A DNA stretch of 64,000 nt from Cenarchaeum sp. GTDB lineage: Archaea; Thermoproteota; Nitrososphaeria; Nitrososphaerales; Nitrosopumilaceae. The notes beneath the pieces are model-generated. The model ran no database searches. It had not been told where the DNA came from and worked only from the letters and a program-made list of their open reading frames with translations. Shown here one piece after another: positions 1 through 10,800 of this stretch. The stretch covers positions 800,001-864,000 of the forward strand of contig CBDESU010000002.1 of NCBI GenBank assembly GCA_965242695.1. The letters run 5' to 3'. Within the stretch, counting starts at the first letter, position 1. Every line of letters starts with the position of its first letter. A program made the translations under genes and the position numbers.

Positions 1-2
1 TC

Positions 3-497
3 AGCAGGGCCTGGCGCGAGGCGATGTACGGGCTGAGCGCGTACTGGGTCGAGCCGGAGCAGGTCAAAAAGTCTGCCCCGTCCGGGCAGTTCCTGCCAAA
101 GGGGTCGTTTACGATAGAGGGCCGGCGCAACTTTGTGCGAGTGCCCGCGCTGCGCCTCGCCGTCGGGATCGCGCCGGCAGGCGACGGGCGGGGCGGGCCG
201 GCCCTCGCGTGCGGGCCGCCGCAGGCCGTGCGCGAGTTCTGCACGGCGTACGCGGTTGTAGAGCCTGGCCCATCAAGCGCAAGCGATGCGGCCAAGCGCC
301 TGCGCGGCGAGCTTGCGCGGCTCGACGAGACGGCCGCCACCGCCCTGCCGCTCGACGAGTACGTGAGGGTGCTGCCTGCCGGCAAGACCCGCGTTGCAAG
401 GGCCGAGCGGGGGCGGGCAGATGCCGCAGCCGTCGATGCTGTCGACGATGCTGCCGCAGATCCGGACGTCGGCAGCGGCAGCGTGCCGCCCGCGTAG
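3..497 (+). CDS. Rqc2/NFACT family ribosome quality-control protein, C-terminal part (5' truncated by window edge)
   Basis: SRAW...AYWVEPEQVKKSAPSGQFLPKGSFTIEGRRNF matches the archaeal NFACT-R/C region; frame is open to the window edge. Confidence 0.85.
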   Translation, partial: SRAWREAMYGLSAYWVEPEQVKKSAPSGQFLPKGSFTIEGRRNFVRVPALRLAVGIAPAGDGRGGPALACGPPQAVREFCTAYAVVEPGPSSASDAAKRLRGELARLDETAATALPLDEYVRVLPAGKTRVARAERGRADAAAVDAVDDAAADPDVGSGSVPPA

Positions 498-552
498 GGC
501 GCGCACGCCCGCATTCGGGAAGTTTTTAACGCCCGCGGACAAGCCGCGGCCG

Positions 553-1095
553 ATGCAGCGCGGGGCGAGCAAGGACGGCCGCAGCGGGGCCCCCGGCCCG
601 TTCATGGTCGATGCAATGCTCGGGTCGCTAGCCCGCAAGCTCCGCATGCTCGGCTTTGATGCAGAGTATGCCAGGCAGGGGAATCTTGGGCGCAGCGAGC
701 TTGCCGCCCTGTCGGCAGAGGGCCGCGTGCTGGTCACCAGGAGCAGGGCCCTTGCAGAGATGGCCCGCGGCGCGGGCGCGCAGGCCGTCGTCCTGCCGCA
801 TGCCGGCAGTGTAGAGGCCAAGGGCGCCGCGGCATCGGCCGACGAGTCCGACCTGGCCGAGGTGGCCCGGCAGTCCGGCATTGCACAGTTCAGTGTCGAC
901 CCCGGTCGCTCCCGCTGCGCCGCATGCAACGGCACACTCGCCCGCGTCGAGGGGGATGCCGCCCCGGCGGGGGTACCGCCGCGCGTGGCCGAGGCGTGCA
1001 GCGAGTTTTGGCGGTGCGGCAGCTGCTCAAAGGTGTACTGGGACGGGACGCACATGCGCAGCCTGGCCCTCTTGGCGGCGAGGCTCAATGGCTAG
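553..1095 (+). CDS. Mut7-C RNase domain (PIN-like) protein with C-terminal zinc ribbon
   Basis: FMVDAMLGSLARKLRMLGFDA, LVTR, RCAACNG...CGSCSKVYWDGTH. Confidence 0.88.
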   Translation: MQRGASKDGRSGAPGPFMVDAMLGSLARKLRMLGFDAEYARQGNLGRSELAALSAEGRVLVTRSRALAEMARGAGAQAVVLPHAGSVEAKGAAASADESDLAEVARQSGIAQFSVDPGRSRCAACNGTLARVEGDAAPAGVPPRVAEACSEFWRCGSCSKVYWDGTHMRSLALLAARLNG

Positions 1096-1726
1096 CGCGG
1101 GCGGGAGCGCCGCAAGCGGCGGCCGCAGGAGGAGGCTGGACGCGTCCGACGGCGAGCGCCTGGTGGGGGCCGCCCGGCGGGCCCTGACAGAGGCCGTCGC
1201 CGGCGGCAGGCCGGGGCCGGATGCCGCGCTCGAGTCCAGGTTTTCGTTCCGCTCGGGCGTGTTCGTCACCCTCACGACCGAAGGCCGGCTCCGCGGGTGC
1301 ATCGGCCACCCCGTCCCGGACATGCGCCTGTGCAATGCCGTAGTCGACTCGGCAGTGTCGGCGGGCACGTCCGACCCGAGGTTCAACCCCGTATCGCCGT
1401 CCGAGCTCGGCAAAATCGCCGTAGAGGTGACCGTCCTGTCCGAGCCCGAGGAGATTCGCGCAAGCCCCGAGGATCGCGTCCGGCACGTGCGGGTCGGCCG
1501 CGACGGCCTGATCGTCCGCTCCGCGCGCGGCTCGGGCCTGCTCCTCCCGCAGGTCGCGACCGAGTACGGATGGGGGCCGCGCGAGTTCCTGGAGCACACG
1601 TGCGAAAAGGCCGGCCTCGGCCGCGACTGCTGGATGGACCCCTCCGTCTCGGTCGAGCGGTTCGAGGGGACTGTATTCGCCGAGGACGGCCCGAACGGGC
1701 CCGTCTCGGAGCGCCCTCCTACGTGA
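1088..1726 (+). CDS. AMMECR1-family protein (AmmeMemoRadiSam protein A)
   Basis: GVFVTL..LRGCIG, DPRF, GLLLPQVA, CEKAGL motifs. Confidence 0.92.
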   Translation: MASAGGSAASGGRRRRLDASDGERLVGAARRALTEAVAGGRPGPDAALESRFSFRSGVFVTLTTEGRLRGCIGHPVPDMRLCNAVVDSAVSAGTSDPRFNPVSPSELGKIAVEVTVLSEPEEIRASPEDRVRHVRVGRDGLIVRSARGSGLLLPQVATEYGWGPREFLEHTCEKAGLGRDCWMDPSVSVERFEGTVFAEDGPNGPVSERPPT

Positions 1727-2117
1727 TGCGCCGCAGCGCGCCGCTCCCGGCCGACGCGTCGACCTCGGCCCTGCCCCCGTCCACTAGCAGGCCGTACTCG
1801 GCCCCGCCTGCGACGACAAGCGGGATTCCGGCCACGGCGCACCCCGATGCGACCGTAAGGTCGGCCTCCCTGCAGACCATTGCCGCAGGCGCCGCGCCGC
1901 ACCTGCCGAGCGAGTATATCGTGTACGCGCCGACGCTGCTGCCCGACCCGCGAGGGAACGCGAGCACCGTCCCGGCCACCGACCTGCCGAACAGCGGGTG
2001 CCCCCTGTCGCGCACGACGCCCGTCCCCTTGTCGACTGCGCCGAGAAAGTTGATCGGCTCGGGCGAGAGCGCGACCGTCCCCGTCGCCCTGCCCCGGACG
2101 ATGACCCTCACGCTCAT
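1719..2117 (-). CDS. Aconitase X swivel subunit (DUF126) / phosphomevalonate dehydratase small subunit
   Basis: INFLGAVD..TG, LAFPRGSGSSVG; overlaps the large-subunit stop. Confidence 0.9.
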   Translation of the reverse strand: MSVRVIVRGRATGTVALSPEPINFLGAVDKGTGVVRDRGHPLFGRSVAGTVLAFPRGSGSSVGAYTIYSLGRCGAAPAAMVCREADLTVASGCAVAGIPLVVAGGAEYGLLVDGGRAEVDASAGSGALRRIT

Positions 2118-3316
2118 TCCGTCTCATCCCTTACGATGTCGGCGAGCGGCTTTAGATTCACGCCGACGCCGGTCGCGTTGTTCAGGTAGTAGGCGCCCTT
2201 TATGCTGTTGGTCGTGACCGCGTCGACCTCTAGCCCGCCCCTGCTGCCGCCCCCCTTACCGCAGATCAGCGGCGTGAGGCACGCGCAGCAGTCGTACAGC
2301 ATCTCGCCGCCGGCGCGCGCAATCTCGGCTGCGTGCCCGAGCCGGACGGCATCGGCCTGCGCGGCCCTCGGGCAGAACACCAGGCACCTCTTTGCAAACC
2401 TCCTGCCGCGCAGCATGCCGGCCAGGTCCGCAATCTCGCCGGGGCCGAGCTGCGGGCTGCCGAGCACCACGATATCGCCCGACTCTGCAGTGTCCAGCTC
2501 GCCGCGCACCCCTTCGGCCTCCTTTTTGCCAAAGTCGATCCTCTCGCCCTCCTTTTCGCCCCCGTCCTCGCCCTCGAGCACGAACCTCGCGCACGTGCCG
2601 GACGTGCCCATCCCGCCGCACAGCGACTTGCAGCTGCGCATGTCCGGCCTGTTATGCACCCCCGATATGCCCACCGACGCCCCCCTCACCTGCCTGCCGG
2701 CAAAGAACCCGAGCAGGCCATAGTCCATCTCGGTCGGGCGTTCGATGCCCATCCTCACCGTCGCCTCTGGGGCGGCCGGCTCCTCTTCGCGCAGGTCCGA
2801 CGCGGGGCTCTTGCCGGTGAGCGCGCTTGCAAGCGCGCTGAACGCGCTCTCCTTGTTCGTCCTCATGCCGCCGAGCGAGTTTGCGTATATGGCCGCGTTG
2901 CTCTCGGCAAATGCGACCTGCGCGCCGTCCCCGGCGCCTTGGTAGATCTCGTACGGCACGCACGAGTACGACGGCTCTACGCCCATCGCACGGTACGACC
3001 GCCGTATGCTCTCCTGCCCGGCCAGGAACTCGCCGGGCAGGCCGTACCCGGCCACGCTGTCCGCATCGTACCCCATCGGGTTGAGCGTGGCCCTCACGGC
3101 GACCCTCGCGCCCGTGCCTGCCATCTCTTCTAGGAACTCGCGCCCGGCCTCGCCTATCGTGTTGTAGTTGACGCCCGACAGGTGGGCCCACCGCACCGGG
3201 ACGAGCCGGTCGGCGCCGGCCGCCTCGCCGGTGGCGAGCAGCACGCGGTATGCGGTCTGCATGGCCTCGCCGTCCTCGCCGGCTAGCGCCCTCTCCTCGT
3301 CCCTTGCCAGCTCCAC
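2114..3316 (-). CDS. Aconitase X catalytic subunit (DUF521) / phosphomevalonate dehydratase large subunit
   Basis: AHLSGVNY, TLNP, SCVPY, AESNA..AN..G.RTN, TNSIKGAYY. Confidence 0.9.
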   Translation of the reverse strand: MELARDEERALAGEDGEAMQTAYRVLLATGEAAGADRLVPVRWAHLSGVNYNTIGEAGREFLEEMAGTGARVAVRATLNPMGYDADSVAGYGLPGEFLAGQESIRRSYRAMGVEPSYSCVPYEIYQGAGDGAQVAFAESNAAIYANSLGGMRTNKESAFSALASALTGKSPASDLREEEPAAPEATVRMGIERPTEMDYGLLGFFAGRQVRGASVGISGVHNRPDMRSCKSLCGGMGTSGTCARFVLEGEDGGEKEGERIDFGKKEAEGVRGELDTAESGDIVVLGSPQLGPGEIADLAGMLRGRRFAKRCLVFCPRAAQADAVRLGHAAEIARAGGEMLYDCCACLTPLICGKGGGSRGGLEVDAVTTNSIKGAYYLNNATGVGVNLKPLADIVRDETE

Positions 3317-3369
3317 GCGCCTGCGCGCGGCGCGACGGATATAAGCCTGATCTGCGCGCGCCCCGGCGC

Positions 3370-4074
3370 ATGAGGCGGATACTCGACGGCATGATGCGGA
3401 CGATGAACGAGCAGAGGCCGCCGCGCATGACGGCCCTGCGCGAGCTGCACGAGGCCGAGACCGGCGGGCCGTTCAGCATACTGATCGGGACCATACTGTC
3501 GGCGCGCACGCGCGACGAGAACACGACAAAGATCGTAAAGAGGCTGTTCGCAAGGTACCCCGACGCGGCCTCGCTTGCCGGCGCGCGCCTGCGCGACGTA
3601 GAGAGAATCGTAAGGCCGATCGGCTTCTACCACGTAAAGGCGCGGCGCATCATGGAGGTGGCCCGCATAATACGCGACGAGCACGGCGGCACGGTCCCCG
3701 ACGACCTCGAGACGCTCGTCGCGCTGCCCGGCGTGGGCCGCAAGACGGCCAACTGCGTCCTCGTGTACGCCTTTGAAAAGCCGGCCATACCAGTCGACAT
3801 ACACGTGCACCGCATATCGAACCGGCTCGGCCTGGTCGACACGAAGACGCCCGAGCAGACCGAGCAGGCGCTGCTCGCAAGGGTGCCCAAAAAGTACTGG
3901 CTCGAGATAAACGACACGTTCGTCATGTACGGGCAGAACATCTGCAAGCCCGTGTCGCCGATGTGCGGCGTGTGCCGCATACGCGGCAGGTGCGGGTACT
4001 ATGCGGAGCGGGGGGCGGCAGAGGCGGCGGCGGGAAAGGGCGGCCGCGGCCCCGTCTCTTCCCGCGCCGGCTGA
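3370..4074 (+). CDS. nth: Endonuclease III (HhH-GPD, 4Fe-4S)
   Basis: LPGVGRKTAN helix-hairpin-helix, VDIHVHR, C-x6-C-x2-C-x5-C. Confidence 0.95.
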   Translation: MRRILDGMMRTMNEQRPPRMTALRELHEAETGGPFSILIGTILSARTRDENTTKIVKRLFARYPDAASLAGARLRDVERIVRPIGFYHVKARRIMEVARIIRDEHGGTVPDDLETLVALPGVGRKTANCVLVYAFEKPAIPVDIHVHRISNRLGLVDTKTPEQTEQALLARVPKKYWLEINDTFVMYGQNICKPVSPMCGVCRIRGRCGYYAERGAAEAAAGKGGRGPVSSRAG

Positions 4075-4358
4075 CCGCGCGGCATGCGTTTGCTTTGCTC
4101 GGCCTGGGCCGGCTGTGCCGCGTCCCCTTCGGGCCGGCTGGTCTGGGTCGGTATAGATCCGCCCTCCCCTCCCGCGTTCGCAGCGGACAGCCTGACAGCC
4201 GGCCGGACGGCACGAACGACGGCATGTGCCCGCCCTTCCAAGCTGCCGCCGATGGGGCCTGCTCGCCTGTGCGGCAGGACTTTGAACCTGCCGCCCTCTC
4301 CCGTCTGCCTGCCACTGCGCATACGGAATGCCTGCCTGCTGTTGCCGCCTGCCGCCGC

Positions 4359-4455
4359 AGGGTGGATGCCGCACCTGCCGCCCCCCCTGCTCTCAGCCGA
4401 CACGAGGGCTGCCCGACGTTGGCTTGAGGGTGGATGCCGCACCTGCCGCCCCCCC
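4359..4455. repeat. Two-copy direct repeat (~29 bp, period 68) at the left edge of the island
   Basis: AGGGTGGATGCCGCACCTGCCGCCCCCCC at 4359 and 4427. Confidence 0.85.
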
Positions 4456-4552
4456 CCGCTGGCCCGCGTGCCTGCCTTTGTCCACCTCCCCCTGCCCCCG
4501 GCCGCCCGCTGACAACCATGGGCGCCTGCGACGTGCCGCGCCCGTCGGGCGT

Positions 4553-4575
4553 TATAACAACTCGGGGATGTTATA
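4553..4575. promoter_or_regulatory. Palindromic site upstream of GHKL-AbiEi copy 1 (putative operator)
   Basis: TATAACAA-CTCGGGG-ATGTTATA; same arms and 7-bp spacing as 11173-11195. Confidence 0.65.
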
Positions 4576-4657
4576 TCGGCGGCAGGATTCGCGCCCCAGA
4601 TGTTAATTCTGGCAAAAGGCTTTTATTCCAGCCTTAACTTCACGCCTACGAACAGGC

Positions 4658-6577
4658 ATGCTAGTCGACATCACCCCCGACAAGTCGCTCGTCAAAAAGC
4701 TGGGCCTCTCGGGGTACAGGACCGAGCAGGCCTTGGCCGAGCTGGTCGACAACTCCATTGACGCGCGAATCGATGGCGTCAAAGGTACTATTACGGTACG
4801 GCTGGACTTTGATGATCGCAGCCTCGTCGTCTCGGACGACGGCCACGGGATGAACGGCAAGGAGCTCGCCGGCGCCATGGTCATAGCCAAGAGCGACAAG
4901 GATGGCGGCAAGCTCGGCAGGTTCGGCATTGGCCTGAAGGGGGCCTGCACGGCCCTGGGAGATCGCTTTGAGATAGTCACGTCGCCCGTGGGATCGAAAA
5001 AGTGGTACCGCGCCCGGTACAGCGAGTCCGAGTGGATCAGGGACGAGTCAAAGGGGTGGAAGAACTTTGAGATCAAGACGACGGGGCCCGACCGCGGGCA
5101 GGAGGACTGGCACGGCACGCGCGTGACGGTGGACCTGCTGAATGTCCCGCTCTACCCCAACCAGGTCTCGCGGTTCAGGGAGCGGTTCGGCGTGAGGTAC
5201 TCGCCGTACCTTGAAAGCGGGCAGATCGCGATTCGGGTCAACACGGTAGAGTGCAGGCCGTCCGCCCCCGAGCTCGACGATGCGCACGGCTGGTCCAAAG
5301 TAGACATGGATCTGGAGTTTGGCAACCGAGTCCGCGGCCGGCTCGGACTGCTTCGAAAGAGATCGGTAGGCGGCCAGTACGGCATCCACCTCTTCAAGAA
5401 CGGCAGGTTGATACGGGCGTTTGAAAAGTTCGGCTTTTCGGCGCACCCGGAAAACTCGAGGCTGATAGGCGAGCTGCACCTAGACCACGTCCCGGTCAAC
5501 TTCAACAAGAGCAGGTTCATAGAGGAGAGTCGCGAATACCGCAAAACCTTGGACAGGTTCACAAAGTCCCCCGACCTGCGCCGGCTCCTGTCGTCGTCCC
5601 AGTCCAGGGCCCGGGTCCCCGCGCCGGTGGGCTCGCTCATGGACTACTTTAAGGGAAGCGGCCCCGCGCAGCGGCTGGATCGGCGCGTGCGCCAGTCCGA
5701 GGCGGCAAGGCTGCTAGGCGAGGCGGCCGGAAAGTCGTTCACGATAAGCGCCGACGGCGGCGTTCCCGTCCGGATGCGAGCCGGGCCGGCCGAGGGCAAG
5801 CCGCTGTACACGATTGGCACGGGGAACGGCGCAGTATCCATCGACGTCAATACGGGCAGCCCCCTCTTCGGGCTCGTTGGCAACCCCCTGCTACTGCTGG
5901 GCCTGGCCGCCTCCGAAGCCGAGATGGTGTCTAGGAACCCGAAGAGCGCCGCCGCCCTAGTGGAGCGCAACGCAAGGCTGGAGGGCTTTGTGCGCGAGTG
6001 GACGCCCAAGGCGCCACTGGGCCCGCTGCGCGACAGGGAGGCGCCCGTCCCTCGCACCTACGGCTACGGGCTGTACAGCGACATAATAGAGGTCCACGAC
6101 TATCTAAAGGAGAATCTCCCGATGAAGTTCCAGTTTACCGCCCTGTCGACGCTGCGGCCGTACCTGCACAACGTGCTAGGCAGGGCAGTGTACACCGTGC
6201 ACACGATGCCGGGAAGCGGCGAAGATGCGGCGGGGCTCATCATGGACAGGTTCAGCGACGAGATCGTGGCGGCGGACAGGCCCAGCCGCGAGGTGCTCAG
6301 CGCCATGTTCAACAAGGAGCGGACCCGCACCGTGGTGGCGGTTCGGGAGTACATGAACATCCCGGGCCCGTCCGTGGCCCCGCCCGCCAAGGCCTTTGTC
6401 GATCTGATCATCGAAAAAGACGTCCACAAGTCCCTCATACGCGACGACGAGCCGAGGATGGTGCTGTACAGCTTGTTGCGGCACGAGCTGGTCGACCTGG
6501 ATGAGGTGCGCAGGCAGGCCCGCCGCGTAAAGCAGACGAGGCGGCTTGAGCCTATGATCGAGGCTGGTCCCGCATGA
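4658..6577 (+). CDS. MORC/GHKL (HATPase_c_3) ATPase fused to a C-terminal AbiEi-like antitoxin domain, copy 1
   Basis: ELVDNSIDA, DDGHG, GRFGIG, GTRV GHKL motifs; S5-like GIHLFKNGRLI; C-terminal APPAKAFVDL...VDLDEVRRQARR resembles AbiEi; stop overlaps the AbiEii start (ATGA). Confidence 0.75.
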   Translation: MLVDITPDKSLVKKLGLSGYRTEQALAELVDNSIDARIDGVKGTITVRLDFDDRSLVVSDDGHGMNGKELAGAMVIAKSDKDGGKLGRFGIGLKGACTALGDRFEIVTSPVGSKKWYRARYSESEWIRDESKGWKNFEIKTTGPDRGQEDWHGTRVTVDLLNVPLYPNQVSRFRERFGVRYSPYLESGQIAIRVNTVECRPSAPELDDAHGWSKVDMDLEFGNRVRGRLGLLRKRSVGGQYGIHLFKNGRLIRAFEKFGFSAHPENSRLIGELHLDHVPVNFNKSRFIEESREYRKTLDRFTKSPDLRRLLSSSQSRARVPAPVGSLMDYFKGSGPAQRLDRRVRQSEAARLLGEAAGKSFTISADGGVPVRMRAGPAEGKPLYTIGTGNGAVSIDVNTGSPLFGLVGNPLLLLGLAASEAEMVSRNPKSAAALVERNARLEGFVREWTPKAPLGPLRDREAPVPRTYGYGLYSDIIEVHDYLKENLPMKFQFTALSTLRPYLHNVLGRAVYTVHTMPGSGEDAAGLIMDRFSDEIVAADRPSREVLSAMFNKERTRTVVAVREYMNIPGPSVAPPAKAFVDLIIEKDVHKSLIRDDEPRMVLYSLLRHELVDLDEVRRQARRVKQTRRLEPMIEAGPA

Positions 6578-7722
6578 GCAGCGCAGCGCATTTTGAAAGG
6601 CATCTAGACCGTGTCGCAATCGAGGCCATAGCTAAAAAGTACGGATTTGCCAGCAAGTCTACCGTTGAAAAATTTCTGATCGACTTTGAGGTTCTCTACC
6701 ACATGCAGAAGGCAATACCGGACTGTGTCGTCCGGGGCGGCATGGCCGTTCCATTTCACCTAGGCCGTGACGACGCCGTCAGGCTTAGTATTGATGTCGA
6801 CGCTGTGACGGGGCTGGATGCCGAAGGCTCGAGCAAGGCCATGTCCGCAGCCTTCGAGAACATGAGATCCACGATCACTCATGTAAAGCCGCACAAGCCC
6901 CGCTCCCCGAAAAAACTCCTTCCGCTCCACACATACTATTGCAAATATGATTCAGTCTTTAGTGACGAAGGTGCGGATATAAAAATTGACTTGTTTTACG
7001 GTGGGCGTCCCGCCGCGCAGACGACCTCCTTTCAACCTCCTACCACGTTGCTGGGAGTCGAGGTCGATTTTGGGGTCACTGCGTACGGCCATTCGCAAAT
7101 GATTGCCGACAAGCTCAGCACGCTGGCGTTCGGCACAATGGGGCTGGACGCTGCGGATCCGGGCGTGCCCAAGCATGTGTACGACATAGCGTCACTGGTC
7201 ATGCACGGCAGGGACAAGATCGAGATGTCCGAGATTCTTGCCTCGTTCGAAATAACTTGCCGCGAAGAGGCCTCCTACACGCAGGGGCGCCCCGCGGCTG
7301 ACGAGGATGTCTGCGACAGCCTGCGGACCTTCTATCGACGCCTACTTGTGGACGGCACCGGCCTGGAGCTCAACAAGTCGTATGCGGGCAGGTTTAGAAC
7401 CTTTGCAACAAACATGCTCGGTCGCGGCAAGTCGAAGAACCGCCTCCACGTCACGGATGTCATGCTCGCCGGCATCCTTGCGGGGATGCTCGCGGATGTT
7501 CGCATGTCCAAGCTGGAGGCAAAAGAGGCGACCTTAACGATCAACCAAATACGGGAAACGCTCAGAAGAATCGATTTGATGTCCGTTGCCAACGGAAACA
7601 AAATGGCAAGGGAACTGCGGCAGGCCTACCCGAAGGACGGCCCTGACTACAACTTGGTGAAGACCATGTGGGCTGATCAGGCGTACCTGTACGGCTTTCT
7701 GCAAGGGCGGGGCCGATCCTGA
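6574..7722 (+). CDS. AbiEii/AbiGii-family nucleotidyltransferase (type IV TA toxin)
   Basis: VVRGGMA, RLSIDVD, IKIDL, IADKLSTL, KHVYDI motifs; lower GC than the flanking core genes. Confidence 0.85.
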   Translation: MSSAAHFERHLDRVAIEAIAKKYGFASKSTVEKFLIDFEVLYHMQKAIPDCVVRGGMAVPFHLGRDDAVRLSIDVDAVTGLDAEGSSKAMSAAFENMRSTITHVKPHKPRSPKKLLPLHTYYCKYDSVFSDEGADIKIDLFYGGRPAAQTTSFQPPTTLLGVEVDFGVTAYGHSQMIADKLSTLAFGTMGLDAADPGVPKHVYDIASLVMHGRDKIEMSEILASFEITCREEASYTQGRPAADEDVCDSLRTFYRRLLVDGTGLELNKSYAGRFRTFATNMLGRGKSKNRLHVTDVMLAGILAGMLADVRMSKLEAKEATLTINQIRETLRRIDLMSVANGNKMARELRQAYPKDGPDYNLVKTMWADQAYLYGFLQGRGRS

Positions 7723-7873
7723 GGGATCGATGCGGCCGGCCGCCGTTTGTGCCTTGCAGAGGCACCGCATGCCTTGTCGGCTGCCGCGCGGAACGGCCGA
7801 GGGGCGAAAAGGTAGCAGGACAAGTGCCAACGCTAGGCATGGACCGTGGCTTGACTGTGATGCGGACGGCAGG

Positions 7874-10800
7874 TCATGGGACGCTCCCATGCCTGCCCGC
7901 TTTCCGCATGCGCACCATCTCCCCCAGGTTTTTCACAATGGAGCCTGCCGCCCTCTTGCCCACGCCGAGCGCCGCAAACACCTCGCCGTCGATCTGCGGC
8001 CTGTTTGCGGCCGGGTCGCCGCCGTACCTGCCCCACGCGTCGCCCATCCTCTTGACCGCTGCCTTTGGCATGTCGTCAAAGTCGGGAACCGGCGACTCCC
8101 CGTAGTTGAACACCTCTAGGCTGAGGGCGCCCCCTCCCATCTCCGTGCCGACGGCCTCTAGGTGGTGCTGGTACAGCGACGACGCAAAGTATGCGAGGAA
8201 CGCGCGGGCGTGCCCAGGGTTGTCCGGCGTGAAGTTTGCCAGCGTGTTGGTCGTAAAGAACCTCCCGTCGTTCTCCCACACGTCGAGCGCGTCGTTGACT
8301 ATCCTTCGCAGGATTATGGGGGGCGGGTCGGACAGCCCTAGCGAGTACCAGAACTTCCTGCCCTTCATTGCGGTGCCCTCCGACAGGGGCCTCTCCTCCC
8401 TGTTCTTGCCGCGCGTCGGCCTTTGCGTCTTCTTTTCCCCGTCCAGTATGTACTGGAGAACGCCGCGCCCGTCGGAGCGGCCCCTTAGGTCCCGCTTGGA
8501 CGCGTTGACGTTGAGCAGCCATTCGGTCGCCTTGCCGGAGTCGAGGCGGCCGGCCGGGGTCGACTTTGATACGGTCGGGCACAGGTACCTCTTGTCGATC
8601 CCGTACTCGTCGACGTCCCTCCTGGACAGAACAAAGAACCCCTTGCTGCCCGTGATCTTGCCGTACGTGATCCTTCCCGTCTCGCCGAGCGTCTTGGTCA
8701 GCGCCCGCACGCGGGGAAGGGCGGGCTTGAAGTGGGCGGCCCAGTTGCCCGGCTCGATCCCGCCCTGCCTCATCGACCTTGAAAGCCCAAAATCGCCACC
8801 GGCCAGATCGCTCTTGGCGCGCGCGTAGTTGAGGCGCACGGTGCCCCCGCCCGCCTTCTTTCCCCTGGCCAGCACGACGATGGCGGCCCTTGTGTCGGCA
8901 TCGTCGAAAAACTTGAACGCGGCGCGCGTTATCTCCCTGATCGACGAGTTTTCCAGGAGGGTCCGCTGGAGCGGCTTCCCATACTTTGAGTTCATCCATG
9001 TCTCGCTCGAGATGTACCCGAGCATCCCGCCCTCCCTGAGGTAGCGGAACGCGTGGTAGAAAAAGTAGCCGCTCAGGTCGGTCGTTCCGTCTATCTGGAA
9101 ATCAGCGGGGATGGATAACCCCGAGTGCCTTGGCAGCTGTATTTCGTCCTTGTACGCTATGTCCTGGTGCTTGACGTACGGCGGGTTGCCTATGACTATG
9201 TCGAACCCAAAGTCGGGGCGCCGCCCGGCCGACTCGTCCTGGACCATGCCCGTCCTGGGGAACACTTCCGGAAACTCCCTCTCCCATGCAAAAGTGGCAT
9301 GCTCGCCGTTGGTGCGCGACACGAGGCTGTTGCCGACCCTTATGTTGTCGGCCAGATCGGGGAGCTTTTCGTGTAGGGACGCCGTCAGCAGGAACATGGA
9401 GAGCTTTGTAATCTCGACGGACTGGCGGTTTATGTCGATTCCGTATATGTTGTCCCTGATGACGCTCCTGACCAGCGCGTCGGCAAGGATGGGCTCCAGC
9501 GTCGGGCGGCCCTCCCCGCCGGCTACTCCCTTGCGCGCCTGCACCTCTTCGTGCACCTCGAGCAGCGTGCTGGCCGCCTCGATGAGAAACGCGCCCGAGC
9601 CGCACGCGGGATCCAGTATCCTGATCGAGCGCAACCTGCCTTCCAGCGCGGGCAGGTCGCCGGCGTACTCGTCGACCAGCCCGTCAGGCGTGCTGGCCGC
9701 GCCCGTCCTTGAGAGGTACGGAATTATGGTGTTCCTGCAGATGTACCTCGTCACGTACTCGGGGGTGTAGAAGACGCCCTCTTTCTTGCGCCTGGACGTC
9801 CTCGCGCCGAGCAGCTCTTCTAGGTCTCCTATCGAGTTCTCGAATATGTGCCCGAGCATGTTGACCCTTATCTGGCTCTGAAAGTCGTACGACGACATGG
9901 CGAGCAGGTTCTTTATGATGGGGCTGGTGTCGGCGTGGCGCCTGACGGCCGCCTCCACCGAGCTCTTGAACTCCCACGACCCGCGCCTCGTCCTCGCGCC
10001 GAGCTTCCCGAAGAACCCGGCGCCCCTCCTGTCCCTTACGGACACGGAGTCGGGGATGGGCTCGCTGAAGAGGCCCCCGTTGAACCCGAATATGGCGGGG
10101 TCGTCCGATCCCTTGTTGAACCCCGCAAACAGCTCCCCCGTGATGTAGTTCCACACGCGCGTCGTATTGGTCGTCAGGTTGCCGCGCAGTATGTCGACAA
10201 CCCCGTCCTCGAGCATGGTCCTGCTGCGCACCAGCCCCGCATCCTGCGCAAAGAGGACGAAGATGAGCCTGTTGAGAAAAGTCTGGGCAAATTCCACAGC
10301 ATCGGGCCGGCTTGCCCCCGACGACTCGAACTCCTTGACCAGCATCAGCCTGGTGCGCCCGTATATGCCGTAGAACTCCATGGTGAGCTCCCTTTCTGCC
10401 TCGTCGGCTCTGATCCTAATTTTTTCGGCAAATCCCGCCTCCAGCCTTTCTCTCGAGAAGACGCCGATAAACTCGCGCAGCTTCTCGGGATTGTCCCTTA
10501 CGTCCTCAAAGTCGAACTCGTGGCACTTGCGGTATCCGTGGTCGCGCATGATCAAGACAAAGCGCCTGTAGTTTGTGCAGATGCCGTACCTTGCGCCGGC
10601 CTTTCCCATGTAGTCCCATGTCTGCCTTATTGGCGTCGAGTGCTCCGTCCTTGAGCGCCTCTGTGTTGCGAAGAGGTCGGAAGTCGATGTTCCCTTTGCT
10701 TCGATGCACACGAGGACCTGGTCGCCGTCTACACAGAACTCGAAGTCAACGTTGTCGTGTTCGTGATCCACCTGCATTGCGGGGTAGTCGAGAATCTCCT

